A stretch of 64,000 nt of DNA. It comes from an uncultured virus (IMG/VR IMGVR_UViG_3300037313_001079) (taxonomy: Duplodnaviria > Heunggongvirae > Uroviricota > Caudoviricetes). The translations under genes and the position numbers were made by a program. The stretch lies in IMG/VR virus record IMGVR_UViG_3300037313_001079. One strand, given 5' to 3'. Below the pieces are notes generated by a model. That model had not been told where the DNA came from. It saw nothing but the letters and a program-made list of their open reading frames with translations, and did no database searches. Numbering within the stretch: the first letter of the stretch is position 1; the number at the start of each line of letters is the position of its first letter. This document shows, in pieces, positions 44,060 through 51,937 of the stretch.

Positions 44060-44353
44060 ATGGAGAAGGAGGTGCAGCGCGTGCTGGACGCTCTCGCAGG
44101 TCTCTCCGAGATCGACGACCCGAAGACGCGCGCGCTCGCTGTGGCGAGGGTGTTGAAGGAGTGGCCCGAGCACAGCAAGGCGCTGCGGGAGGTACGGCGG
44201 CAGGCCGTGCTGGAGCTGCTGGCGCCGGAAGACGCCTCCGTGCGGAAGGTCGCGAAGGAGTTGGGAGTGTCGCCGACGACGATCCAGGACATCACTGCTG
44301 GCTACTCGAAGTCGGGTCGCGCCCGTTCGAAGAAGGAGGCGTCGGATGGATGA
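44060..44353 (+). CDS. HTH repressor of the transfer operon (Kor-like role inferred)
   Basis: SVRKVAKELGVSPTTIQDI HTH; divergent from tra operon. Confidence 0.78.
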   Translation: MEKEVQRVLDALAGLSEIDDPKTRALAVARVLKEWPEHSKALREVRRQAVLELLAPEDASVRKVAKELGVSPTTIQDITAGYSKSGRARSKKEASDG

Positions 44354-44732
44354 GCTGGTGCAGTTCCTGCGCGCCCGGCTGGACGAGGACGAGCAGCTGG
44401 CGCGCGCGGCCACGCAGGGTGAATGGGTGTGGAGCCGGGAGTTCGTGACACCGCCCGGCTATCACCACCGCACCGTCGGCCCGCTGGAGCCTGGCGACGC
44501 CGCGTACATCGCCCATCAACATCCGGCGCGTGTCCTGCGCGACATCGAAGCAAAGCGGAAGCTGCTCGCCCTGTACGTGGAGCACGAGCGGATGGATCGG
44601 GAGACGTTCGAGGCGGAGGGGGAGCACGCCCGGTCTCTCGTGTCGTTGCGGGCCGCGTACTTCGACGCGGTCAGGTTCCACGCCGCCGTGTACGCCGACC
44701 ACCCCTCCTACCGTGAGGGGTGGCGGCCGTAG
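44346..44732 (+). CDS. DUF6221-like phage protein
   Basis: MDELVQFLRARLDEDE...PARVLRDIEAKR...YADHPSYREGWRP. Confidence 0.78.
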   Translation: MDELVQFLRARLDEDEQLARAATQGEWVWSREFVTPPGYHHRTVGPLEPGDAAYIAHQHPARVLRDIEAKRKLLALYVEHERMDRETFEAEGEHARSLVSLRAAYFDAVRFHAAVYADHPSYREGWRP

Positions 44733-44750
44733 CTGCGCCCCACTCAGCGA

Positions 44751-44784
44751 GAAGCCCCCGACTCCTGGGAAGGTCGGGGGCTTC
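44751..44784. terminator. Stem-loop between convergent genes
   Basis: GAAGCCCCCGAC / GTCGGGGGCTTC. Confidence 0.75.
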
Positions 44785-44851
44785 GTCGTGCAACCGCCGT
44801 CGGGCGCGAGCAGCTGGTCCGCCCGGCGGGACCTTCAGGATCACACGCCCG

Positions 44852-45064
44852 TCAAGCAGAATCGTCCGGCCAGACGGCCAGCTGCTCGCCGGTGTCCTCG
44901 TCGGTGAGGGTGACCCGCGGCTCGGACATGCTGCCGACCGAGCCAACCCAGGTCGTGAACTTCCGGCGCGCGGTCTCCTCGCTCGCCCACCAGCCGTGCT
45001 GCACCGGTTGGCCCTCGGAGGTGAGGAGCAGGTGGTAGCGGCCGGGGTCATCCATGACGCTCAT
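44852..45064 (-). CDS. Hypothetical protein
   Basis: RYHLLLTSEGQPVQHGWWASEETARRKF; start uncertain. Confidence 0.6.
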   Translation of the reverse strand: MSVMDDPGRYHLLLTSEGQPVQHGWWASEETARRKFTTWVGSVGSMSEPRVTLTDEDTGEQLAVWPDDSA

Positions 45065-45404
45065 CCTGCCAGCCGTCCTCATCCGTCCACAGCCGCAGCC
45101 GCGGCGAACCCAGCGCGACCGCCCGCAGGTCAGCGAGGATCCCCTCCATCGTGGTCGGCCCCGTCCAGGGCGGCATCGTCGCCAGCGAGTGATCCCGGCA
45201 CAGATCCACCCAGCGCGGGCCGGCATCGGGGAAGACGATCACGCGGGAGGTTCGGCAGTCCTCCTCCTTGCCGCAGACCGTGCACGGCTTCTCCAGGTGC
45301 AGGGCGTAGCGGGCCCTCGTCTGCGCGCGGGATGGGTCGGCTGGCGCGGGATCCAGGCGGGACGAGTCCACGGCATGGCGGGCCAGTAGCTCGTCGACCG
45401 TCAC
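45048..45404 (-). CDS. Hypothetical zinc-finger protein
   Basis: GTG with AAGGAGG RBS; CTVC ... DLCRDH. Confidence 0.65.
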   Translation of the reverse strand: MTVDELLARHAVDSSRLDPAPADPSRAQTRARYALHLEKPCTVCGKEEDCRTSRVIVFPDAGPRWVDLCRDHSLATMPPWTGPTTMEGILADLRAVALGSPRLRLWTDEDGWQDERHG

Positions 45405-45455
45405 GCCCGCCTCCTTGCTGCTCGCCCCCGTAGTGCCGGTGGGCAGCATAGTCCC

Positions 45456-45476
45456 TATTATCGAACACGTGAACGA
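45456..45476 (+). promoter_or_regulatory. -10 element and LexA/SOS-box-like site overlapping a start codon
   Basis: TATTAT (45456-45461) then TCGAAC-ACGT-GAACGA (45461-45476). Confidence 0.6.
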
Positions 45477-45810
45477 CCCCGTCCCCGTGTCCCGTCTTGA
45501 CCTGCTCCGCTTCCTTGAGCGCGTCCAGGAACGCGACCTCGCCCGCACCCGGCAGTGGATCGCCGACGAAGAACGCAAGCTGGCCGAGCGGCAGCGCGGC
45601 GAGCAGGCCCGGCCCGCGCCGCCCGACTGGGTGCTGGAGCTCGGACTCAACCGGGACTCGGCGCCGGTATACGTCCACGAGGGCTCGTGCTGGAACGCTG
45701 GGAAACGGTCGAAGGGCGTCGACCGGACCACCGCGCTGCGAGCACTGACGGAGGGCGTACCCGCCTGCCCGCACTGCCGGCCGGACAGCGAGCTGGGCTA
45801 TCTCGACTGA
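45469..45810 (+). CDS. DUF6233-like protein (leaderless)
   Basis: PPDWVLE...VHEGSCW...ACPHCRPDSELG. Confidence 0.75.
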   Translation: MNDPVPVSRLDLLRFLERVQERDLARTRQWIADEERKLAERQRGEQARPAPPDWVLELGLNRDSAPVYVHEGSCWNAGKRSKGVDRTTALRALTEGVPACPHCRPDSELGYLD

Positions 45811-46012
45811 GCAGGTCCGCCGAAGCCGGCGCGGGGGCGTGGGGTTCCGTTCCGTCTGTGGTGGGCGTAGCGTCGGTGTCCCCGCGAGGGGGCGCCCTTC
45901 GAGGCACCATCCGGCCCGCCGGCTGTAGGGGTACCGTCCGGCGGGCCGCGCCATGTCTGGGATGCACGAACGCCCTGCCGTGTTGGCGGGGCGTCGTTGT
46001 CTCCGGGGGCCT

Positions 46013-46483
46013 CTAACCCCGCTGCGGCGTTGATCCCGACGGGCGCTGAAACACGGCGCACTCCGTGCAGGTGCAGTGCTTGACGCAGCGGACGCCTGGC
46101 CGGCAGGCGGTGCATTGCTCAGGTTCGTCGGTCGCTTGGGCCGCTGCCGCCGGCGTGGGCTGGTCGAGGGCGGCGGCGAGTCGGTCGTTGAGGTTGGTGA
46201 GGCCCGGGTAGTTGCGGCGGGCCCAGCGCGCGACCTCGCGGATGCGGGTGATGGCGGCTTCGGCGTGTTCGGCGCGTTGCTTCTGCTCGTTGGCGTACTG
46301 GACGGCTTCCTCGCGTTGTGCGAGCGCGGTCCGCTTCTCGCTGATCTTGCGGGCGAACTCGGCGACGGTGACGTGCCCGACGAGCTGCGGGCAGAACGTG
46401 AACGCGCCGTGCTGTCGGGCCTGCGTGAGCTCGGCGAGTTCGGCGGTGAGCCGGTCGATCTCGGCTTGCTGCTGGTCGGTCAC
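46013..46483 (-). CDS. Hypothetical coiled-coil phage protein
   Basis: GTG with GGAGG RBS; MTDQQQAEIDRL. Confidence 0.6.
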   Translation of the reverse strand: MTDQQQAEIDRLTAELAELTQARQHGAFTFCPQLVGHVTVAEFARKISEKRTALAQREEAVQYANEQKQRAEHAEAAITRIREVARWARRNYPGLTNLNDRLAAALDQPTPAAAAQATDEPEQCTACRPGVRCVKHCTCTECAVFQRPSGSTPQRG

Positions 46484-46650
46484 CTGGTCCTCCGTACTGC
46501 ACGCTTCACGGCGCGTCGGGTGGCGCGGTTGGGTGTCGGGTCGGGTGCGTCGTCGTCGATGACGGTCTCGGTGCGGACGAGCTGGGCCTGCCAGGTGATG
46601 CCGGGGCGGCCGGCTTGCTCGCCGCGGGGCGCGCTGGACAGTCCGGTCAT
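46480..46650 (-). CDS. Small hypothetical protein
   Basis: MTGLSSAPRGE...PNRATRRA; coupled at both ends. Confidence 0.55.
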   Translation of the reverse strand: MTGLSSAPRGEQAGRPGITWQAQLVRTETVIDDDAPDPTPNRATRRAVKRAVRRTR

Positions 46651-46868
46651 GGCTGCTCACCGCCGTTCACCGTGCGGGCCACGGTCAGCGCGATCTCATG
46701 GCTTCGGTCGGTCTCTTGTATGTCGGCGCTGGGGTCGTATTCGGCTGCTTTGAGGTCCAGCCAGTCAGCGACCGGTTCAACGATGGCGAGCGGCCCGCCG
46801 GTCGGGGCAAGCGGGGCGACGTTGCGCAGGCGCCTTGCTGCTTCGCGGAGTTCGCCGGCGGGTGTCAT
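46647..46868 (-). CDS. Hypothetical phage protein
   Basis: MTPAGELREAARRLR...VADWL. Confidence 0.65.
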   Translation of the reverse strand: MTPAGELREAARRLRNVAPLAPTGGPLAIVEPVADWLDLKAAEYDPSADIQETDRSHEIALTVARTVNGGEQP

Positions 46869-47161
46869 GCGGCTTCCTCGTAGGTGTAGGGCTCGGTGTG
46901 GGCCCAGGAGGGGGCTGGGCGTGCTGTGCGCCTCTGTGGCGGCTTGGGAGCGTCTTCGGTGGTGTTGGAGTCAATTGAGAGGCTGTGGGGCGCTCTACTC
47001 CCCCGCCGCGCCCCGCGTCGGGCGTGTGGGGCGATGAGCGGGCCGATGGCGAACGCGATGACGCACAGGACGAACGCGAGCGCGGCGCCGGCGAGGCGGG
47101 CCCACATGAGGGCGGTGTCGATGAGGGTGATGAAGGCGGTGGCGGCGTCGTGGAGGATCAC
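46865..47161 (-). CDS. Small membrane protein
   Basis: GTG with GGAG RBS; TM segment. Confidence 0.55.
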   Translation of the reverse strand: MILHDAATAFITLIDTALMWARLAGAALAFVLCVIAFAIGPLIAPHARRGARRGSRAPHSLSIDSNTTEDAPKPPQRRTARPAPSWAHTEPYTYEEAA

Positions 47162-47346
47162 GGGCGGGTCTCCTCGTCGGCGAGGTTGATGCCGAGTTCG
47201 GCGTGTGCTTCGGCGAGGGTGACGGCGGGTCCTCCGGCCTGGGCGACGAGTGTGTTGGTGCGGCTGGTTTTGCGGCAGTCGTCGCAGGGGGTCGGGCAGA
47301 TGGGGCCGGTGCGGAAGATGCGGCACCAGGTGACCAGCTCAGCCAC
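47158..47346 (-). CDS. Small Cys-containing protein
   Basis: 62 aa, coupled. Confidence 0.5.
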   Translation of the reverse strand: MAELVTWCRIFRTGPICPTPCDDCRKTSRTNTLVAQAGGPAVTLAEAHAELGINLADEETRP

Positions 47347-48295
47347 GGTCGATCTCCGTCTCGGGCTGGCCGGGCCGCGCCACGGCGGTGGGCTCCTCGA
47401 CGGTGTACGTGGTCGTCTCCCGGACGATCCGCCGCTCGACCGGGGTGCCGTCCCGCCACAGGGGCGCGGTCCGGTTCGCGGTCTCGTAGCGCTCTACGGC
47501 GGCCTGCCGGCGGGGGAAGTGGCTGCCTGGTGCCCACTCGTTGGCGAGCGGGTCGCGGGTTTCGACGCGCCACGCGTGCAGCGGCGGGTGCGCCTCGCTG
47601 CCGTCCTGTGTCGGGTCCTGCTGCGCCTCGCCAGCCAGACGACGCAGCCGCTCCACCTCGGCTTCGGCATCGAGCGCCCGCTTGTGCATCTGGTTGTAGA
47701 CCGACCAGAGCACGGGCCGTTCCTTGCCGTCGGCGTACCGCTGGACTTCCTCCATCAGCTGGTTGTTGATCTCGTCGGCGCGACGGAGGCCAGCCATGTA
47801 CTTCTCACGGAGCTGCGCGATCTCGGTGTCCGGGTCGGTGGCGGGCGCCGGGCCGGCAGGAGCGGCGGGCAGCAGCGGCGGCTCCTGCCCCTGATCCTGC
47901 GCCTCCTCCACATCCGCCTGCCACAGCATGAATTCCCGCAGACCAATGTCCGGCCGGGCCTTCACCGCGTCACGCTGCGCCTGAGCCTGCTCGTGATGGC
48001 CAGCCACGTACCCCTCGTGGAAGCGGCACGTGCCCGCAGCCTCCTCACACGCCGGGCAGTCGTCGAGCGGGGCGCTCTCATCGAAGGGCGCGATCTCCGG
48101 GGCGCGGTCGGGGAACTGCTCGCCGGTCGCGCCGGGCGACAGAACGAGGGCAGCGTCTGGGCGGCCGACGCCGAACACGCGGGCGGGCCAGTCTTCGGGC
48201 AGCGCGCGGACGTGCAGGGCGAGCGCGGCAGCGGTGGCGGGCTGCCACTGCACGAGGTGCTGCCACAGGTCGGGGGCGGCGGTCTGGTCTGTCAC
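47339..48295 (-). CDS. Hypothetical mosaic phage protein
   Basis: GTG with GGAG RBS; CPAC..C..H and coiled coil. Confidence 0.6.
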   Translation of the reverse strand: MTDQTAAPDLWQHLVQWQPATAAALALHVRALPEDWPARVFGVGRPDAALVLSPGATGEQFPDRAPEIAPFDESAPLDDCPACEEAAGTCRFHEGYVAGHHEQAQAQRDAVKARPDIGLREFMLWQADVEEAQDQGQEPPLLPAAPAGPAPATDPDTEIAQLREKYMAGLRRADEINNQLMEEVQRYADGKERPVLWSVYNQMHKRALDAEAEVERLRRLAGEAQQDPTQDGSEAHPPLHAWRVETRDPLANEWAPGSHFPRRQAAVERYETANRTAPLWRDGTPVERRIVRETTTYTVEEPTAVARPGQPETEIDRG

Positions 48296-48327
48296 GGTCA
48301 CTCCTGGTGGCTGGTGCGGGCGGGCGG

Positions 48328-48660
48328 TCAGGCGGTGGCGCCGCACGTGCGGCACGCAAAGCCGGGCGGGGGCTGGTCCATGCAGGCGCGGCACTTCGGT
48401 GGGGTGATGAGCTGCTGCACGGTGACGCCAAGCGCTGCGGCGAGGGACACGACGTCGTCGATGTAGACGGCGACTGGGTCCTGGTCCGGCCTGGCTGCCT
48501 TCTCCATGCGGCAGATGGTGCTGAAACCGACAGGCTTGCCCGTGCTCTGCGTCTCGTTGGCGAGGGCTCGTTGGGACCAGCCGCGGATCTTGCGGAGGGC
48601 TGCGACGTTGACGCCGACGGCTCGGGACACGGCGAGGTCGTTGGTGCGGGGTCCTCTCAC
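48328..48660 (-). CDS. XRE-family HTH regulator with C-terminal zinc finger
   Basis: LRKIRGWSQRALA...STICRME; CRAC...CRTC. Confidence 0.8.
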   Translation of the reverse strand: MRGPRTNDLAVSRAVGVNVAALRKIRGWSQRALANETQSTGKPVGFSTICRMEKAARPDQDPVAVYIDDVVSLAAALGVTVQQLITPPKCRACMDQPPPGFACRTCGATA

Positions 48661-48746
48661 GGCGTCGGTCCTTTCGGTCGTGGTGTGGGAGGCTGGGGCC
48701 GGCCCGGGCGTGGTAACGACACGCCCGGGCTCTGCTGTGCGGGTGG

Positions 48747-49016
48747 TCATGCGGCGTGCTTGGCGGCTGCTGTCCGACGCTGCTTCCCGCCCCTCCGGCC
48801 GGTGCGGTCGTCGTAGTCGCGCATGTAGGGCCGCATGTAGGCCGTGTTGGCGGCCTTCGACTCCGGGCAGGCGGGGACGCCATTGCGCTGGTGCCACTGG
48901 TAGCCGCGCCGGTCGCCGGTGCAGCAGTTGGGCGTTGCAGGCTCCGGGTCGGCAGAGGCCTGGTCCTTCATCGGGACGGCTCGGAGTTCGGCGAGCGCCC
49001 GCTGGATGGGGTCCAT
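48747..49016 (-). CDS. Hypothetical zinc-binding phage protein
   Basis: GYQWHQRNGVPACPES. Confidence 0.6.
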   Translation of the reverse strand: MDPIQRALAELRAVPMKDQASADPEPATPNCCTGDRRGYQWHQRNGVPACPESKAANTAYMRPYMRDYDDRTGRRGGKQRRTAAAKHAA

Positions 49017-49017
49017 G

Positions 49018-49206
49018 TCAGTCCTCGCATTCGTGGTCGTGCCCGGCGCCGGCGCATTGGCCGCAGTCGAGGCAGGTGTCGCAGTGGGTGCAGTGGCCGC
49101 ACGGGCGGCGGGTGGACGGGGCGCAGGTGCAGGTGGTGAGGGTGGGTGCGGGGTCGGGCCAGATGGGGAGTTCGATTTGGCCGGGGCAGGGGGCTCGTTG
49201 TGGCAT
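49018..49206 (-). CDS. Small Cys/His-rich protein
   Basis: CGHCTHCDTCLDCGQC; GGAG RBS. Confidence 0.55.
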   Translation of the reverse strand: MPQRAPCPGQIELPIWPDPAPTLTTCTCAPSTRRPCGHCTHCDTCLDCGQCAGAGHDHECED

Positions 49207-49238
49207 GGCTGGTCTCCTGGTGGTTGGTGTGGGTGTGG

Positions 49239-49598
49239 TCACGGCCGGGCGGCGGCAGACACGGCGGTGGGGTTTCCGGCGAGCACGGTCCTCAAGGCGG
49301 CGGCCTCGGCCTGCGCCTCATCGCGCTCCATCTGCGCGGAGAGCAGGGCGACGAACATGTCCTGCAGCGCGCTCTGTGCTTCCCGGGCCCGGGCGGCGTA
49401 GCGGTCGGCAGCGCCACCGGTGGAGAGTGCGCGGGTTCGGGCCAAGCGCCACGCGGTGCGGTAGCGGACGTTCTCGGCGCGGAGGCGGCGGATCTCGGCT
49501 GCGAGCGTGAGGGCGGTGTCCGGGTGAATGCCGGATCCGATCCGGGCGGCGTTGCGGGCAGCGGCTTCGATCTGGTCGAGGTCGAGGGGCTGGGTCAT
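49239..49598 (-). CDS. Hypothetical phage protein
   Basis: MTQPLDLDQIEA...LAAEIRRLRAE. Confidence 0.65.
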   Translation of the reverse strand: MTQPLDLDQIEAAARNAARIGSGIHPDTALTLAAEIRRLRAENVRYRTAWRLARTRALSTGGAADRYAARAREAQSALQDMFVALLSAQMERDEAQAEAAALRTVLAGNPTAVSAAARP

Positions 49599-49643
49599 GT
49601 GGTTGCTCCTTGGGTGACGGGCCGGGTCAGGCGGACGGGGTGG

Positions 49644-50237
49644 TCAGTCGTCGAACTCGGCGTCGCCTGGCGTGACGACGTGCCGGTTCGCGGGCTGGTG
49701 ACCGGCGAGGAGGATGCAGCCGGAGCCGGGAGCGTCGGTCTGCCCGAAGGTGCAGAAGGTCTCGCCGGTGGGCTGGGGCATGCGGGGCTCGATGTAGGTC
49801 CGGCCCCGGTTGTAGTGCGGCACCGGGTCGACGGCTGGCAGCAGGACGCGCTCGTGCGGGTCCAGCTCCTCGCCGTCGCGGGAGTAGGTCGGCTCGGTCT
49901 TCTCGTGCTCGGCGCGCCACTCGGCCAGGTCGAACGGTCCGAGGTCCTCCGGGACCGGCTCGTCGTACCAGTCGGCTTCGATCCCGGCCTCTTCGAGCTG
50001 GACGGGCGTCATCTCGTTGACGATGTGCTCGGTGGCGGCCTTCACGTCGAAGACCTCCGGCTGCTCGACGTGATCGAACGCGGCCTGCAGCTCGGTCAGG
50101 CAGGCGACCATGCGCTCCTGCCACTCGATCGGCATGGACTGCATCAGCGTCCGGTGCAGCACCTGGTAGTTGCAGTAGCTGAGGCCGAACCAGGTGTGGA
50201 TCGGGCCGTCGGTCGGGTTGATGCGGGTCTCGGTCAT
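49644..50237 (-). CDS. Hypothetical phage protein
   Basis: IHTWFGLSY...LMQSMPIEWQ; AAAGGA RBS. Confidence 0.7.
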   Translation of the reverse strand: MTETRINPTDGPIHTWFGLSYCNYQVLHRTLMQSMPIEWQERMVACLTELQAAFDHVEQPEVFDVKAATEHIVNEMTPVQLEEAGIEADWYDEPVPEDLGPFDLAEWRAEHEKTEPTYSRDGEELDPHERVLLPAVDPVPHYNRGRTYIEPRMPQPTGETFCTFGQTDAPGSGCILLAGHQPANRHVVTPGDAEFDD

Positions 50238-50274
50238 GGTGCGGGGGTCCTTTCGGGTGGTGGCCTGAGACATG

Positions 50275-50601
50275 TCAGGCGCGGTTGTCGAGGTCGTGGA
50301 TCCAGGCCTGGATGACGGCCGCGCACTGGATCAGCTCGGTGCGCAGGGCGGCCGGGTCGGCTTCGGCGAGCGCCTCGTAGACCTCCTCCAGCAGGACGTC
50401 GCGCCAAGTCGGGCCGTCCGCCTTGAAGGCTTCGTCGACGACCGAGCGGTATCGGTCCGCGACGTACCGGGCTCCCGAGCCGCCGGTGCCGTCGGGGTGG
50501 TGCTGCTCGCCCCACTTGGCGAGTTGCCGCTGGCGTTCGGCGTCGATCTCCTCGGCGAAGGCCTTCACGCCGGGGGTGGTGAACAGGGTCGGGTAGCTCA
50601 T
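50275..50601 (-). CDS. MazG-like nucleotide pyrophosphohydrolase
   Basis: ERQRQLAKWGEQ, LLEEVYEA, ELIQCAAV. Confidence 0.7.
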   Translation of the reverse strand: MSYPTLFTTPGVKAFAEEIDAERQRQLAKWGEQHHPDGTGGSGARYVADRYRSVVDEAFKADGPTWRDVLLEEVYEALAEADPAALRTELIQCAAVIQAWIHDLDNRA

Positions 50602-50692
50602 CTGGGTCTCCGTTGTGGGTGTGCCGGATGGTGGTGACGGGGGCGGCTCAGGCGGGGTGGGCTGGTGTTTTGGGCATGTGGTGCAGCCGCGC

Positions 50693-51904
50693 TCAGGTGG
50701 CTGGGTTGGGGAATTCGTCCCAGGTGCGGCCGTCGAGTTCGCGGCCGGCGTGCTTCTTGCGCCAGCGGCGGATGGCGGCGGTGCCGTCGGGCAGGCCGAC
50801 TCGCTCCAGGGACCAGGGCTTGTGGCCGATCTCGTGCAGCCAGTACTTTCGCTGGCCGTCTTCGTCGTACCAGTTGCCGGTGTGGACGTGGGTGGCGCCG
50901 CGGGCCTCGCTGTCCGCCTTCGCCGCGGCGAGTTCCTCGTCGGTGCCCTGCCATCCGGCGTTGGGGTCGCAGACGCGGACCTGGAAGGGGGCCGGGCCCC
51001 ACTCGCCCCACTGCTTGAAGAAGAACGGCACGCCGGAGTGCTGGCACTGGTCCCGGATGGTGCGCACCCAGTTCGGGTGGACGGCTCGTGCCCTTGGGCC
51101 GGACTCTCCGCCGGCGATGACCCAGTCGATCCGCGGGCCGGTCGACAGCGGGGCCATCGTGAGGCCGGTGCTGGTGGTCGTGGCCTTCGACTCGTCCCAG
51201 TAGGGCCGGCCGTCGAGCCAGTACGTCAGCTTCGGTCGGCCACGGCCGGGAACGATGGGCCCCCACAGGTCGATGGGGCCGAGGAGCGGCTCGCAGGACA
51301 GGAAGCGCACTGCGGCCGGGGTGTTCAGCAGGGCGGGGATGCGGAGGTCGGCGTACTTCTGGTTCTCGACGCTTGTGCCGATCCATACGTTCGGCAGTGG
51401 CCAGCCGGCGCGGTGGTAGATGCCGTGTTCCAGGCCGGGCACGTAGGTGGGGCTGTGTGAGGTGGCGGCCCATTCCATTGCGGCTCGGAAGTGCTCGCCG
51501 TTGGGGTGCCCGTGCGTGCAGCTGCCGCCGAGGATGCGTGCTGCGCGGTCGGGGCGCTTGGTGAGGATCTGGTAGGTGTGCTGGGGGGTGGCGGCCATGA
51601 CGGCGAATACCTGGGCGAGGAACTCGCGGGGGACGTGGGCGTGGAAGAGGTCGCTCATGGAGTTGACGAAGATCTTGCGGGGCTTCTTCCAGCGCAGCGG
51701 CTCGGTGAGGGTGTCGGCGTGGGTGGTGATGGCGAAGCCGGGGCCGGACGTCGTGGGGTGGCCGTCGTTCTGGTACTTGGCCTGGCCCATGCCTTTGAGG
51801 CGTTTGGCCATGGTGAGGGCGTAGCAGTTGTCGCATCCGGGGCTGATGCGGTCGCAGCCGGTGGTGGGGTTCCAGACTTCGTCGGTCCATTCGATGGCGG
51901 TCAT
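50693..51904 (-). CDS. DUF5131 (Gp37/Gp68-like) radical-SAM-related protein
   Basis: [62 protein letters not shown]. Confidence 0.9.
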   Translation of the reverse strand: MTAIEWTDEVWNPTTGCDRISPGCDNCYALTMAKRLKGMGQAKYQNDGHPTTSGPGFAITTHADTLTEPLRWKKPRKIFVNSMSDLFHAHVPREFLAQVFAVMAATPQHTYQILTKRPDRAARILGGSCTHGHPNGEHFRAAMEWAATSHSPTYVPGLEHGIYHRAGWPLPNVWIGTSVENQKYADLRIPALLNTPAAVRFLSCEPLLGPIDLWGPIVPGRGRPKLTYWLDGRPYWDESKATTTSTGLTMAPLSTGPRIDWVIAGGESGPRARAVHPNWVRTIRDQCQHSGVPFFFKQWGEWGPAPFQVRVCDPNAGWQGTDEELAAAKADSEARGATHVHTGNWYDEDGQRKYWLHEIGHKPWSLERVGLPDGTAAIRRWRKKHAGRELDGRTWDEFPNPAT

Positions 51905-51937
51905 GGGGTTCCTTCGTTGTGCGGGTTGGGGTGTTGG

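Larger units (their letters stand above)
38067..44353. mobile_element. Streptomyces-type conjugal transfer (tra/spd/kor-like) cassette embedded in the phage
   Basis: TraB translocase, membrane Spd-like genes, divergent HTH repressor with palindromic operator; no own rep, int or xis. Confidence 0.8.

Noticed and set aside
38067..44353. Transfer cassette as an independent AICE or plasmid inserted in the phage
   Set aside because: No integrase, excisionase or Rep and no flanking direct repeats seen by eye; cannot be fully excluded without comparative data
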